From Mobula hypostoma (Eukaryota), in the NCBI RefSeq assembly GCF_963921235.1, contig NC_086097.1:156924001-156988000 (forward strand): a DNA stretch of 64,000 nt. The letters run 5' to 3'. Shown piece after piece: positions 26,430-38,769 of the stretch. Positions within the stretch are counted from its first letter, which is position 1. Each line of letters begins with the position of its first letter. The notes under the pieces are model-generated. The model was given only the letters and a program-made list of their open reading frames with translations. It made no database searches and was not told the DNA's origin. The translations under genes and the position numbers were made by a program.

Positions 26430-26985
26430 CTTTACATTTGAACAAAATGCAAATTGGGTGACTGATTTGCAGACTATTCCCATTCAGTCACCAGGACCAA
26501 GCCTAAACTCTCAGTCAGTTGCTACTCCAATTCTCCCTTCCACTGTTATTCTGACCTTTTGACCCATTACTTGTATTACTCCAATGAGAGCCAATAATAT
26601 TTCAGGAAACACCATCTGATGTTCCTCTTGGGCACATTGCAATCTGCTGATCTTAATACTGAACTGAACAATCTTGGATAGCTATCCTTCTTCACCCTTT
26701 CCACAGATGTACTAGCTGCCTTCTATTTCAAATTGTTTTTCTCTCCTGTCTTTAACTGAAATTTTACAATTTTTAACACAGCTATTACAACTGTGCTCTA
26801 TCATAGATCCCCATTATTTCTATCGTCCCTCAGCCTATTTAAAAATGAAAAGTAATTTTTTTTGTAATTTTTGGTATTCCGGTAAAAGATCTTTGAGCTG
26901 AAATGTTTACTTTGTTTCTCGTCTCCTCTTGTCTCCCTGATACCTGCTTGGTGCTGCCAACATTTTTTTTTATTTCTGACTTACA
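26430..26985 (+). mobile_element. Old Penelope-like 3' end
   Basis: FLLGTLQSADLNTELNN resembles FRLGSLQPDGMNIDFSN; degenerate pLTR follows. Confidence 0.5.
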
Positions 26986-27059
26986 CTTTTAGAATGATTC
27001 AGCACAAAAAGAGATTCCTTGGCCCACCAAGTTGAGACCAGCATAAATGCATTTAGTTC

Positions 27060-27290
27060 TCCCTACACTCCTGTCAACTCCATCCCCTCCCCCAACCAGA
27101 TTCTTTCACTCACCTATACACTATGGGCTATTTATAGTGGCTAATTAACCTGCTGACCCATACATGTGACCGAAGTGGCAGGAAACTGGAGCACCTGGGA
27201 AAATTCCATGTGGTTGCAGAGTGAATATGCAAAATTCTACAAAGGTAGAACTGAAGACTATGATTGGAACTCATTCCACTGGCTGCATTG
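27060..27290 (-). mobile_element. V-SINE
   Basis: ggaaactggagcacctgggaaaattccatgtggttgcag. Confidence 0.6.
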
Positions 27291-27459
27291 TGCAGCTAGT
27301 AGAACTGCTGTCACACTGGGTTTGCAGTTTTAAATTCATCTCAAATTCCTCCTCACACTCTATTCCCCCTTCTTTTCAATCCTTCCGCATACAGTTGTAG
27401 CAGGGGTTAAACCTTCTTGATATGGTCATATAGCACTTAGACACCATGTTCTGTTGACA

Positions 27460-27757
27460 ACTTCTTTTTATTTCAAAAATAGATCTTACTCAATATAATA
27501 AAACACAAACTGATAAAACTATGCAAAAAACTTTTAAATTCGTGGTTATTACATTCAGTAATGTAAGTAATTCTTAAAAAAAAGCAAACAAACACAACCC
27601 CATGCCAGTCATGAGATTCCCCATTGGGTTGCTATGCCCTTTACAGTGCTCAAGGGGTTTTCCCACCCAAAATCGTAACCCCCATGTGCGGTACCAGAAG
27701 GAGCCTAAATTGTGATCCTTCACCACAGAGTCTTAGCACTGTCTGAACCAAATTTCG
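27460..27757 (-). mobile_element. Tx1/L1-like 3' end
   Basis: Antisense KFGSDSAKTLW*RITI*, followed by an AT-rich UTR. Confidence 0.45.
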
Positions 27758-27758
27758 G

Positions 27759-29600
27759 AATCAGAATCAGGTTTAATATCATTGGCACATGTTGTGAAAT
27801 TTGTTGTTTTGCAGCAGCAGTACAGTGCAATACATTAAAACTATAAATTAAAGTAGGTATATATACTGTATAAAAAAGAAAATCAAATTTAGTAGTGTAA
27901 AAAGAGAGGAAAACTAAATATGGAGGTAGTGTTCATGGGATCATTGTCCATTAGAAATCTGATGGCGGAGGAGTAGAAGCTGTTCCTGAAATGTTGAATG
28001 TGCGTTTTCTGGCTCCTCTACTTCTTCCTTGATGGGAGCAAGGAGAAGAGGGCACGTCCTGGGTGACGGGGGTCCTTAATGATGAATGCCGCCTTTTTGA
28101 GGCATCACTTTTTAAAGGTGTTCTGGAGACCGGGGAGGCTAGTGCCCATGATGGAGCTGGTAACTTTTTCCAATCCTGTGCAGTGCCCCTTCCATACCAG
28201 ATTTCGATGCAACCAGTTAGAATGCTCTCCATGGTGCATCTGTAGAAATCTGCATGTGTCTATAGTGACATACCATTTCTCCTCAAACTCATAAAGAAGT
28301 GTAGCTGCTGTACTACCTTCTTTGCAATTGCATCAATATATTGGGCCCAGTATAGATCCTCAGAGATGTTGACACCCAGAAACTTGAAACTGTTCACCCT
28401 TTCTGCTTCTGATCCCTCAATGAGGACTGGAATGTGTTCCTTCAGCTTCCCCTTCCTGAAGCCCATAATCAATTCCTTGGTCTTACTAACGTTGATTGCA
28501 AGGTAGCTGCTGCAACACCACTCAATCAGCTGATCTATCTTGCTCCTGGATGCATCTGAAATTCTGCCAACAATAGTATTGTCATCTGCAAATTTATAAA
28601 TGGCCTTGGAGTTGTGCTCAGCCATTAACTCATGAGTGTAGAGAGAGTAGAGCAGTGGGCTAAGCATGCATCCTGGAGGTACACAAGTGTTGATTGTCAG
28701 TGAGGAGGAAATGTTATTTCTGATCTGCACAGACGGTGGTCTCCCGTTGAGGGAGTTAAGAATCCAGTTGCAGAGGTTGGTGCAGAGGCCCAGGTTTTAG
28801 GAGCTTGCAGATTAGAACTGAGGATATAATTGTGTTGAATGCTGAGCTGTAATCAATAAACAGTGGCCTGATGCGGGTGATGCTTTTTGTCCAGGCGATT
28901 CAAGGCCAAGTGGAGAGCCAGAGAGATTGCTTCCGCTGTAGGCCTATTGTGCCAATAGGCATATTGCAGAGGCCCAGGTCCTTGCTGAAGCACCTTCAAT
29001 TACTCCAAAAGACTGAGATTTGGTAAAATACTGAAAGGCTTTTATTCGCTGTACCATACGACCTCCACAGTGAGTGTCTGCCCCCGGACTGAGGGGGAGG
29101 AGCAAGGCGAACACCTTTATACAGGACTCTGTGGGAGGAGCCACAGGGGCAGTCAGCAGAGGGGTGTGTCCAGACAGGTAACCCAGTTACAACATATATA
29201 CATGGTTTACCACACTTGCTTAGGCAGAAGATGAGTTTAGCCATGACCAACCGAGCAAAGCACTTCTTCACAGTAGATGTGAGTGACACTGGACAATGCC
29301 CACTGATGCAGCTCACACTGTTCTTCTTTGGCACAGGTGGGGATCTCTGACTGCAGCAGTGAGAGATCAAAGATGTCCTTGAACATTACCACCAGTTGAT
29401 TGCACAAGTTTTCAGAGTCGTATCAGATACACCAGGGCATGACACCTTGCGAAGTTCACTCTCCTGAAAGATGTTCTGACATTAGCCTCCAAGACAGAGA
29501 TCTCAAGGCCACCCTATGCTGCAGAGATTCACACAGGTATAGTATTATTCTCCCTTTCAACGCATGTATAGAACAGTGCATAAATTTAGGTGTGTCCCTC
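27759..29600 (-). mobile_element. Rex1/Babar-like LINE RT, interrupted by a solo LTR
   Basis: PVSLTSTVKKCFARLV, VPPGCMLSPLLYSLYTH, YKFADD, ESILTGCIEIWYG. Confidence 0.92.
28986..29214 (-). mobile_element. Solo LTR (229 bp)
   Basis: TG...CA ends; TATAAA and AATAAA on the minus strand; CTTGC TSD at 28981-28985 and 29215-29219. Confidence 0.85.
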
Positions 29601-31529
29601 AGCATGTGCTCCTATAGCCCAGACAGTGCCAATCAACAACATCCCCTTATGGCTATCCTGCTCTACTGAGAACTATAGGACTCCTCCAGAACACTCAGGA
29701 TAATGGAAATGTAATATATTCATTTCAATCCTGTTTCTCAGTTGGTTCACACATCAGGGTTAGGGTTAGGTTTTTGTTCAGGTGAGTGCCACCCAAGGGG
29801 ACAAATAATTTTTTTGACTTTTATGTTGTAATTTGATTCATGAATTTAGTATAATACACCAACGTTGAGAATTGTACATTGATTGACTGACATTTTTGTC
29901 CTTTAATTTATTTTAGTTGCAAGATTCCAATATCAAGCTCCTAAACATTTTCTTAACGTATATTCAAAAATAGCAAGCCAGAGACAGAATAAATGAAATA
30001 GCTGCTTGAAATTGCTCTGTAATTTCAGTGTGATGATGGTTCAACAAGACATCGATTTAATTTTTCTCATCCTAATCCTACAAACTTTCTTATGCTGTTT
30101 GTAGCATGATTGAGCAATATCTTTATTTCCTTTATAATCTATTCTCTATCTTTCTCTTAGGGAACTCTCCAGAAAATAAAAGTGAATGTGGCTCTAACAT
30201 GTTCCAAATTAATCTAATCACACCAGTTCCGTAAATATTAATATATTTGACTTTAAAAAGGTCTGAATTTCTAGAGATTTTTGCAATGATTCTTGAAATT
30301 TTTGAGGAAGATTTGAATGCTTCTGTCCTATGGTAAGAATACAAATGAATGCAATGTACAGTTGCTCTAGATGGCGACTGTGTTAATGAAGACCTCAAGG
30401 CTCTACCTTTGTACAAAGCCTTAGTGTTCCACTATTGGCAATTCTCCTGTTCTTTCATTTACTGCCATTCAAGCACTAAACTCCACTCTCATTGTTTTGC
30501 TCGATGTGTTTTGCAATGCCTGCTCTGTTTCTCAACTGCTACTCAACAGAACACACAAAGGAATGGATTGGAAATTGCAAAACATTAGCCAGGAGTGTTA
30601 TGGTAATCATTCAATATAAAGCTGCAACTCACTGCTCTCTTTTAGTGATTTTAAACCACATAGATGGGGGATTATAGGAGCTGGTAGGGGTCATTTGTTT
30701 CCTTGTCACACACATACACGATCTTAAAACAAAATGACTTCCTTAAAGCATTAATTTTGAAAACTGTATTTGCATGTATTGAGGGAAGAGAAAATACACC
30801 TGTCACTGAGGTCAATAAGGTACAAATAATTAAGTTGTTCATTATTAATTGGGGTCTTTTTTAAAAATTTGCTATTAATGCTGTATTCAGTAAAACATTG
30901 TGTGCCAGGGGCCATAGTAATTAAAGCAGTGATGGATGGGAGGGATCACTCTTTTTGTTTGCTTTGCTTTTAGTTCCTGGCTCTCATCCTCAGCCACAGA
31001 AGCAATTTCAGCCTCCATATTCTCACACTGTCACTCATTCGGTGCGGTTGCTATAATCAGGCTTGAATAACATTGTCAGTTAACATTTTTAGGGCACATC
31101 TTAGCTTAAGATATTGCTAACATTTGAACCATCTATTTAGTGCCTTCAAGTGTATTGTTTTATATCTCCGATTACAAAATCAATGCTGGATGGATTGTGA
31201 TAAATACATTAATACTGAGTCCCCCTATTGGGTTTCAAGTTAACAGTATTATCTCTGACTTGAGAGCAGGAGCAGCAATAATCAGTAAGTTTATTGAACA
31301 AATGATAATTAACAAAGAGAATTAAAGGGAGAATATAATGGGTATAGGACTAAATATAGCCAATGTTTGTTCACCATCCAAAACTCCCAAATACTTTAAT
31401 TTGTACAATTGCCAATTTCAGGCTGAACTATGACTCATTCACTGTCCACTCTTTACTGAATCACACTTCAGCGGTCTCATAATGCCCCATATTTACAATT
31501 TACATCTCATTAAAATTAGCTTTATTTGT

Positions 31530-31810
31530 CACATCAAAGCATCAACAATACAGTGAAGTTCCTCAATGACTATCACAGTCTGGAGATATGAGGGCAGCCC
31601 ACAAACGTCAACATGCCTTATCGCCAACGTATAATGCCCACGATTTACTAACCCCAATCCGTGCATCTTTGGAATATGAGGGGAAATCGGAGCACCTGAA
31701 GGAAACCCATGAGGATGCACAAACTTCCTACAGACAGCGACAGACATTGAACCCTGATCAGTGATCAATGATGATGTAATGTGTTGCACTAACCACTACA
31801 TTGTGCATCA
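31530..31810 (-). mobile_element. V-SINE
   Basis: ggaaatcggagcacctgaaggaaacccatg; homologous to 20408. Confidence 0.7.
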
Positions 31811-32239
31811 TTGTGCTCATCGAACAGCCTCACCACTCCATTGCTTGGTAACCTTCGACAGTGATACAATTTACACCTGCGTATTCCCCGCCAAACCCTC
31901 ACCAAAAGCATTCTGTCTACTCTGGCTTCTTTTGGTTCCTTGCTCCTCACAATACTGGAGAATAGGTTTGCAACCTCAGTCTCATATCTTCCCTCCCCAT
32001 ATCTTTGATCCACTCTAGTACCATGCGCTTCCTTGTGATATCTTAAACCCTCTTCGGCTCAGCAAACTTCCTTTGGAATGTGCCCCTGCAAGCACCTTGG
32101 CTTACTTCCTGACACAGCACACTCTATTTGGTCAGTCATAGTCCATTTGGTAACATCTCTCTGACTTCAAAAGATGTTACTTCAAACCCACTTTGGAGGA
32201 CTACATTGAAACACCCCCACAATACAGAAGAAATCCTAC

Positions 32240-32560
32240 ACTGTCAAAGCTGTTGTTTCTCAGCTGAAATATTAAATTGAGCTTCCTTTACCTTCTCAAC
32301 TAGAAGTAAAATGTCTCATTGTCATGGAAGAGTGAAGAGTATATCCTAGATGTCCATTTGAATATTTGTCCTTAACAACAAAAAAAGGATTATTTGTTTA
32401 ATAGCATATTGTTGTTTGTAATACCATACTGTACACAAATTAACTGCTGAGATGCTACATTTCCTCCTTTCTAAGTTTCTTTGCTTTACATTACATACAA
32501 TGTATTTTGAGTCATATTGACATCATGAAAAATGGTGTTTTAATGTAAATATTTTCCTAT
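32240..32560 (+). mobile_element. Degenerate Deu-domain SINE
   Basis: gtaaaatgtctcattg...gaagagt...aatatttgtcc...ttgttgtttgt...cacaaattaactgc. Confidence 0.55.
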
Positions 32561-32756
32561 CTACAAAATAAGTAAATAAGAGTGGAAAATATAAATCTAA
32601 CTGTAGATTATCTATGCTGTAATATCCTTTAATATCTTCAGCTAATATTATATTTTGTTTAACTAACGTGCAATTATTCTACTACTGAACAACTTTGAGA
32701 GGCAATTACAGATGTCCGCTAAAACGAGTAAATACAAAATCAAGAAATCCTTTGTC

Positions 32757-33334
32757 ACAAAATGCTGGAGAAACTTAACAGGTCAGGCAGCATCTATGGA
32801 AAAGAGAACCCTTCTTCAGGACTGAGAGGGAAGGGGCGAGATACCAGAGTTGGAAGGTGGGGGGAAGGGAAAGAGGCTAGCTGGAAGGTGATAAATGAAG
32901 CCAGATAGGTGGGAAATGTCAAGGGCAAGGAAAGAATCTGATAGGAGGGGAGAGTGGACAATAGGAGAAAGGGAAGGGGGGGGGCCTTGGGAAAACATTT
33001 GGCAGGTGAGAAGAATGGAGTGGGGAATAGAAGGTGGTGGGTGGTTTATGCAGGTTAGAGCACACTCAGAAGGAATATAAGGTGTTGCTCCTCCACCCTA
33101 AGGGTGATCTCATCTTGGCACAAGAGGAGTCCACGGATCAACATGTCGGCAAGGGAATGGGAATTGGAATTAAAATGTCTGGTCACAGGGAAGTCCTGCT
33201 TGTGGTGGATGGTTCAGAGGTGCTCAATGAAGCACTTGCCCAGTTTACAACAGGTCTCACCAGTGTAGAGGAGGCATCATCAGGAGCACACCGGACACTG
33301 GATTTCCAGCATCTGCAGATTTTCTTGTGTTTGT
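32757..33334 (-). mobile_element. Penelope-like insertion, two inverted arms
   Basis: Antisense pLTR and GIY-YIG remnant, then a sense tail; 13-bp TSD GAAATCCTTT(G/A)TC at 32744 and 33335. Confidence 0.85.
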
Positions 33335-33535
33335 GAAATCCTTTATCTGTTTTGATTTGAAATAAGGTTTAAGTACATAAGCCACAAGTTGTTCTGGAAA
33401 GATTTTAAATTAAATAACATTTATTCAACAATTAACAAAAACACAGTGGTATTCTCAACCTTACCTTGTCTTTAACTGGATGCAACAGCAATGTAGACCC
33501 TGATGAGCATCACGGTTTTCTGGAGAAAGAGGCTA

Positions 33536-33549
33536 TCAGTAGGGGGCAC
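33536..33549 (+). promoter_or_regulatory. Candidate CTCF site
   Basis: TCAGTAGGGGGCAC matches CCASYAGRKGGCRS at 13/14 positions. Confidence 0.45.
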
Positions 33550-34461
33550 TCTCATCCTGTCAGGCAAGCAATGAAAGCTCAGGTTTGAAGATAAGACAAT
33601 TACTTTTAACACCAGTCAGGAATGACTCACTATGAGTTAGCTGAACAGGGAGGCAAATCTTTAATCCATATGGTTGCATATGAGCTTTGCCTGGATCTGA
33701 ATCTGTATCCACTGGGTCTCAAAATTGTTTTGATAATGAACTACTGTCTTTGAATGTGCTTCTTGCGTCTTTCACTTGTAACCCTAACTTGATAAATCAG
33801 AACAAAGCTTTATAAATATTAATGATTTGTACTGAAGCTAATTGTTTTCTTATTGACAGGGTTTTCTTTGCTCGAGTCAAAATAACAAGGACACATATTA
33901 AATACTGGGAATATAACAATATGAAAAAAACGCAGGCAGAATTAATCACCCAAAAGACTGTAAATTACAATGAATGGTCATTGAAGTAGTGAAGCAAATG
34001 GTATGATGAGCAATTTAGAAGTACTTCTGGATAAAGGATGGCTTAAGAAGACATAATTTTTAGCCCTGCCACAAATTCCGTTATCTAGCAATTACTTCTA
34101 AGCTCTATTTGAACACTCTCATGTCGAGAGTCAGACTATCTGAAACTTCAATGTTTGAATTGACCCCAATCTTAGTTTATGACCTCATATCTTCTCAATT
34201 ACACTTATGTCTCACTACCTAATAACATTCTCTACTTCAGGGTTTACTGTTGCTAAAAGGTTTATCCATACTTCTTGTCTCTCCAGAATCAACTATTATA
34301 ATATTCCCCTTGTTACATCCCCATCTTACATCCGTAATGAGCACGAGCTCTTTGAAACTCAGCTGCTGTTCCTGAAAACAGATTCATAGAACCTTTAGAG
34401 TTAATGCAGCACAGAAACAGGACTTGCAGGACTTGCCCAAACTAAGGCAGTCCCATTTGAC

Positions 34462-34905
34462 TGAACGCAAAATACTCCGCAGATGCTGGGGTCAAAGCAA
34501 CACTCACAACACGCTGGAGGAACTCAGCAGGTCGGGCAGCATCCGTGGAAACGATCAGTCAACGTTTCGGGCCGGAACCCTTTGTTAGGACTGTAGGGGG
34601 AAGGGGCAGAGGCCCTATAAAGAAGGTGGGGGGAGGGTGGGGAGGAGAAGGCTGGTAGGTATCAGGTGAAAAACCAGTAAGGGGAAAGATAAAGGGGTGG
34701 GGGAGGGGAAACAGGGAGGTGATAGGCAGGAAAGGTGAAGAAAAAATAAGGGAAAACACAATGGGTAGTAGAAGGAGGTGGAACCATGAGGGAGGTGATA
34801 GGCAGCTGGGGGAGGGGGCAGAGTGAAATAGTGGTAGGGGAAGGGAGGGGGAAGGAATTACTCGAAGTTGGAGAATTCTATGTTCATAGCAAGGGGCTGG
34901 AGACT
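34462..34905 (-). mobile_element. Penelope-like 3' end (pLTR)
   Basis: Antisense LQPLAMNIEFSNF, a purine-rich tract, and a hammerhead with mutated core. Confidence 0.8.
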
Positions 34906-34959
34906 GATTCAGGTAAATCTCCCTCTAAAGGGTTCCTGCTCATGAACATCTTCAAATGA

Positions 34960-35495
34960 TATTTAAACCTTGTCATTTTACGTAACCTACCACTTCCTCA
35001 GGCAACTTGTTCCATATTCCCAATACCCTTTGTGTGAAGAACTTGCCCTCAGATCCCCTTTAAAATGTTTCCCTCTAACATCAAACTTATTCCTTCAAGT
35101 TTTATACTCCTCTATCCTGGGAAAAAGACTGATTATCCACCTCTTCTATGTCCCTCGTAATTTTATAAACCATTATAAGGGCACTTCCTACCCACTCTCT
35201 CTTTGCACACATTCACTGCAGTCCCAGCAATGTCATTGTAAATCTTTTTCTATACCCTCTTTAGCTTATTTACAGCCTCCTTTTGGAACATAATCTCCCA
35301 ACTTTTGAACTTTTTGCCTAGTCCAATGACAGCAAACATGCCATATGCATTATTCACCACCCTGTCTACCCGTGTCACCATTTTCAGGAACTGTGTACTT
35401 TTAACCAAGTTCCAAAATTTCTCTTTTCTACAACACTCCTCAAGCTCTGTCTTTTAATGTGTAAGTCATGCCCTAGGTCACCTTCCTAAAGTGTG
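34960..35495 (-). mobile_element. Degenerate CR1 3' part (host of the PLE; resumes at 36911)
   Basis: Antisense CR1 3' motifs (ctcaggcaacttgttccata, gggaaaaagact). Confidence 0.65.
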
Positions 35496-35609
35496 TGACT
35501 TTACACTTCACAAACAACAGGAATTCTGCAGATGCTGGAAATTCAAGCAACACACATCAAAGTTGCTGGTGAACGCAACAGGCCAGGCAGCATCTCTAGG
35601 AAGAGGTAC

Positions 35610-35645
35610 AGTCAACGTTTCAGGCCGAGACCCTTCGTCAGGACT
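35610..35645 (-). ncRNA. Minimal type I hammerhead ribozyme in the pLTR
   Basis: Minus strand reads AGUC CUGACGA AGGGUCUCGGCCU GAA ACGU U GACU. Confidence 0.7.
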
Positions 35646-36105
35646 AACTGAAGGAAGAGCTAGCAAGAGATTTGAAAGTGGGAGGGGGAGGGGGAAGGGG
35701 AGATCCAAAATGATAGGAGAAGACAGGAGGGGGAGGGATGGAGCCAAGAGCTGGACAGGTGATTGGCAAAAGGGATATGAGAGGATCATGGGACAGGAGG
35801 TCTGGGGAGAAAGACAAGGGGCGGGGGGGAACCAGAGGATGGGCAAGGGGTATAGTCAGAGGGACAGAGGGAGAAAAAGGAGAGTGAGAGAAAGAATGTG
35901 TGTATAAAAATAAATAATGGATGGGATACGAGGGGGAGGTGGGGCATTAGCGGAAGTTAGAGAAGTCAATGTTCATGCCATCAGTTTGGAGGCTACCCAG
36001 ATGGAATATAAAGTGTTGTTCCTCCAACCTGAGTGTGGCTTTATCTTTTCAGTAGAGGAGGCCGTGGATAGACATGTCAGAATGGGAATGGGATGTGGAA
36101 TTAAA

Positions 36106-36505
36106 GCGGAACAAGTGCTACACATGCCCTTACACTTCCTCCCTTACCACCATTCAGGGCCCCAGACAGTCCTTCCAGGTGAGGCGACACTTCACCTGTG
36201 AGTCGGCTGGGGTGATATACTGCGTCCGGTGCTCCCGATGTGGCCTTCTATATATTGGCGAGACCCGACGCAGACTGGGAGACTGCTTTGCTGAACACCT
36301 ACGCTCTGTCCGCCAGAGAAAGCAGGATCTCCCAGTGGCCACACATTTTAATTCCACGTTCCATTCCCATTCTGATATGTCTATCCACAGCCTCCCCTAC
36401 TGTAAAGATGAAGCCACACTCAAGTTGGAGGAACAACACATTATATTCCGTCTGGGTAGCCTCCAACCTGATGGCATGAACATTGACTTCTCTAACTTCC
36501 GCTAA
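36106..36505 (+). pseudogene. GIY-YIG endonuclease (PLE C-terminus), 5'-truncated but open
   Basis: KCYTC linker; VIYCVRCSRCGLLYIGETRRRL...EH...VATHF...EQHII...GMN. Confidence 0.92.
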
Positions 36506-36797
36506 TGCCCCACCTCCCCCTCGTACCCCATCCATTATTTATTTTTATACACACATTCTTTCTCTCTCTCTCCTTTTTTTCCCTCTGTCCCTCTGACTAT
36601 ACCCCTTGTCCATCCTCTGGGTATCCCCCCCTTGTCTTTCTCCCCGGGCCTCCTGTCCCATGATCCTCTCATATCCCCTTTGCCAATCACCTGTCCAGCT
36701 CTTGGCTCCATCCCTCCCCCTCCTGTCTTCTCCTATCATTTTGGATCTTCCCCTCCCCCTCCCACTTTCAAATCTCTTACTAACTCTTCCTTCAGTT

Positions 36798-36833
36798 ATT
36801 CCTGACGAAGGGTCTTGGCCTGAAACATCGACT
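36798..36833 (+). ncRNA. Minimal hammerhead, mutated copy
   Basis: AUUC CUGACGA AGGGUCUUGGCCU GAA ACAU C GACU. Confidence 0.55.
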
Positions 36834-37777
36834 GTACCTCTTCCTAGAGATGCTGCCTGGCCTGCTGCGTTCACCAGCAACTTTGATGTGTGTTGCTTGA
36901 CTTTACACTTGTCTGCTTTAAGGTCCACCTGCCTTCTTTGCTCACTTTCCAAGTTGATCTCGATCCTGTTACAACTTTCGACAATGGAGAGCAGGCAGCA
37001 AGCCCTATTCATCAGTCATCATATGCCCATTGACAAAACTTTGTGTCCTTGAGAGACATTCAGAACAGACAAGGCAAAACAGGACACAAAACCAAATATT
37101 GGCAAATTGGATTAGTGTAGTTGAGCAAAAATGTTGGCATGGACATAAAACCATAAAACCATAAGACATAGGGGTGAAATTAGGCCATCTGGCCTATCGA
37201 ACCTGCTCCTCAATTTTATCATGGCTGATCCATTTCCCTCTCAACCCCAGTCTCTTACATTCTTCCCATAACTTTCAACTAATCAAGAACCTAACTCCCT
37301 TAGCCTTAAATGTCAGTGGCCTGACCTCCACAGCTGTCTGTGGCAACAAACTCGACAAATTCACCACTGTCTGGCTAAAGAGATTCCTCCTCATCTCTGT
37401 TCAAAATTAATGTCCTTTTATTTGCTATTTCTGATCCTAGATTCCCCTGCCTAAGGGAATATTCTCTTCACATCTACTCTGTCAAGGTCTTTTAACATTC
37501 AGTAGGTTTCATTGAGATCTCCCCCCCCCATTCTAAGTTCTGGGGAATACAGGCCCAGAGCCTTCAATCACTGCTCATATGATAACCCTTCCATTCCCAG
37601 AATCATTCTTCTGAATCTCCTCGGAATCCTCTCCAATGTCCTCACATCCCTTCTTAAATATGAGGACCAAAGCTGCTCACAATATTCCAAGTGAGGCCTC
37701 ATACACCCTCAGCATAACATCCTTGCTTTTATGTTCTCGTTCTCATGAAATGAATGCTATCGCTGCAGTCACCTTAC

Positions 37778-37997
37778 AAATAAGAGAAAATCTGCAGATG
37801 CTGGAAATCTGAGCAACACGCACAAAATGCCGTAAGAACTCAGCAGGCCAGGCAGCATCTGTGGAAAAATGTACAGTCGATGTTTCAGGTTGAAATCCTT
37901 CGGTAGGAGTCCGGTTTCAGCCTGAAATGTCGACCATACTTTTTTCCATTAATGCTGCATGGCCGTCTGAGTTCCTCTAGCACTTTGCCTGTGTTGC
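37778..37997. mobile_element. Mini Penelope-like hairpin insertion
   Basis: Tailed antisense pLTR, then an inverted tailless pLTR ending gtgttgc. Confidence 0.75.
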
Positions 37998-38769
37998 ACA
38001 GTATTCACATTCCTTACCACCAACTCAACCTGCACAACTCAAATCCCTTTGCACTTCAACTTTATAAATTTTATCACTGTTTAGAAAATTGCTATTTTCT
38101 AAACAGGGCACAGACTATAGTCTATGCTTTTATTCCTTCTATCAAAGTGCATGATCATTCAATTCCCAATACTGTATTCCATCTGCCACCTCTTTGCCCA
38201 TTCTTCTAATCTGTCTAGGTTCTTCTGCAGCCTCTCTGCTCATCAACATTATCTGCCCCTCTATCTACTTTGGTCTCATTCGCAGACTTGGTCACAAATC
38301 CATTAGTTTCATCATCCAAATCACTGAACTACAACAAACTTTGAATTTTAAGAAGAAGTAGTTCTAACACAAACCCCTGTGGAACACCACTAGTCACCAG
38401 CAGACAATCTAAAAAGGATTCCTATGTTCCCACTCTTTGCCTCCTGCCAATCAGCCAATACTCTATCTAGGCTAGTATTTTTCTTGCAATACCCTGGGTT
38501 CTTATCTTGTTCAGCAGCCTCAAATGTGGCACCTTGTCAAAGGGCTTCTGAAAATCCAGGTACATGACATCCAGCAATTCTCCTTTGTCTAATCTGCTTG
38601 TTATTTCTACAAAGCATTCTAATAAATCTGTCAGGCACGTTTTTCCTTCAGGGAAACCATGCTGACTTTGCCCTATTTTCTCATGTGCCTCCAAGCACTC
38701 AAAACCACATCCTTAACAATTGATTCCAACACCTTCTCGACCACTGAGGTCAGACAACTGGCATATAAC

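Larger units (their letters stand above)
35509..36897. mobile_element. Penelope-like element (Neptune-type), inverted pLTR structure
   Basis: Arms 35509-36105 and 36347-36897 are inverted copies; 13-bp TSD TGACTTTACACTT at 35496 and 36898. Confidence 0.95.

Noticed and set aside
29755..29770. Telomere-like TTAGGG run
   Set aside because: Under 3 units; chance or trivial
33499..33530. CTGATGAG as a hammerhead core
   Set aside because: No correctly placed GAAA-stem III or stem I partner
35491..37052. Several 110-155 aa ORFs on both strands
   Set aside because: By-products of the low-complexity inverted pLTRs
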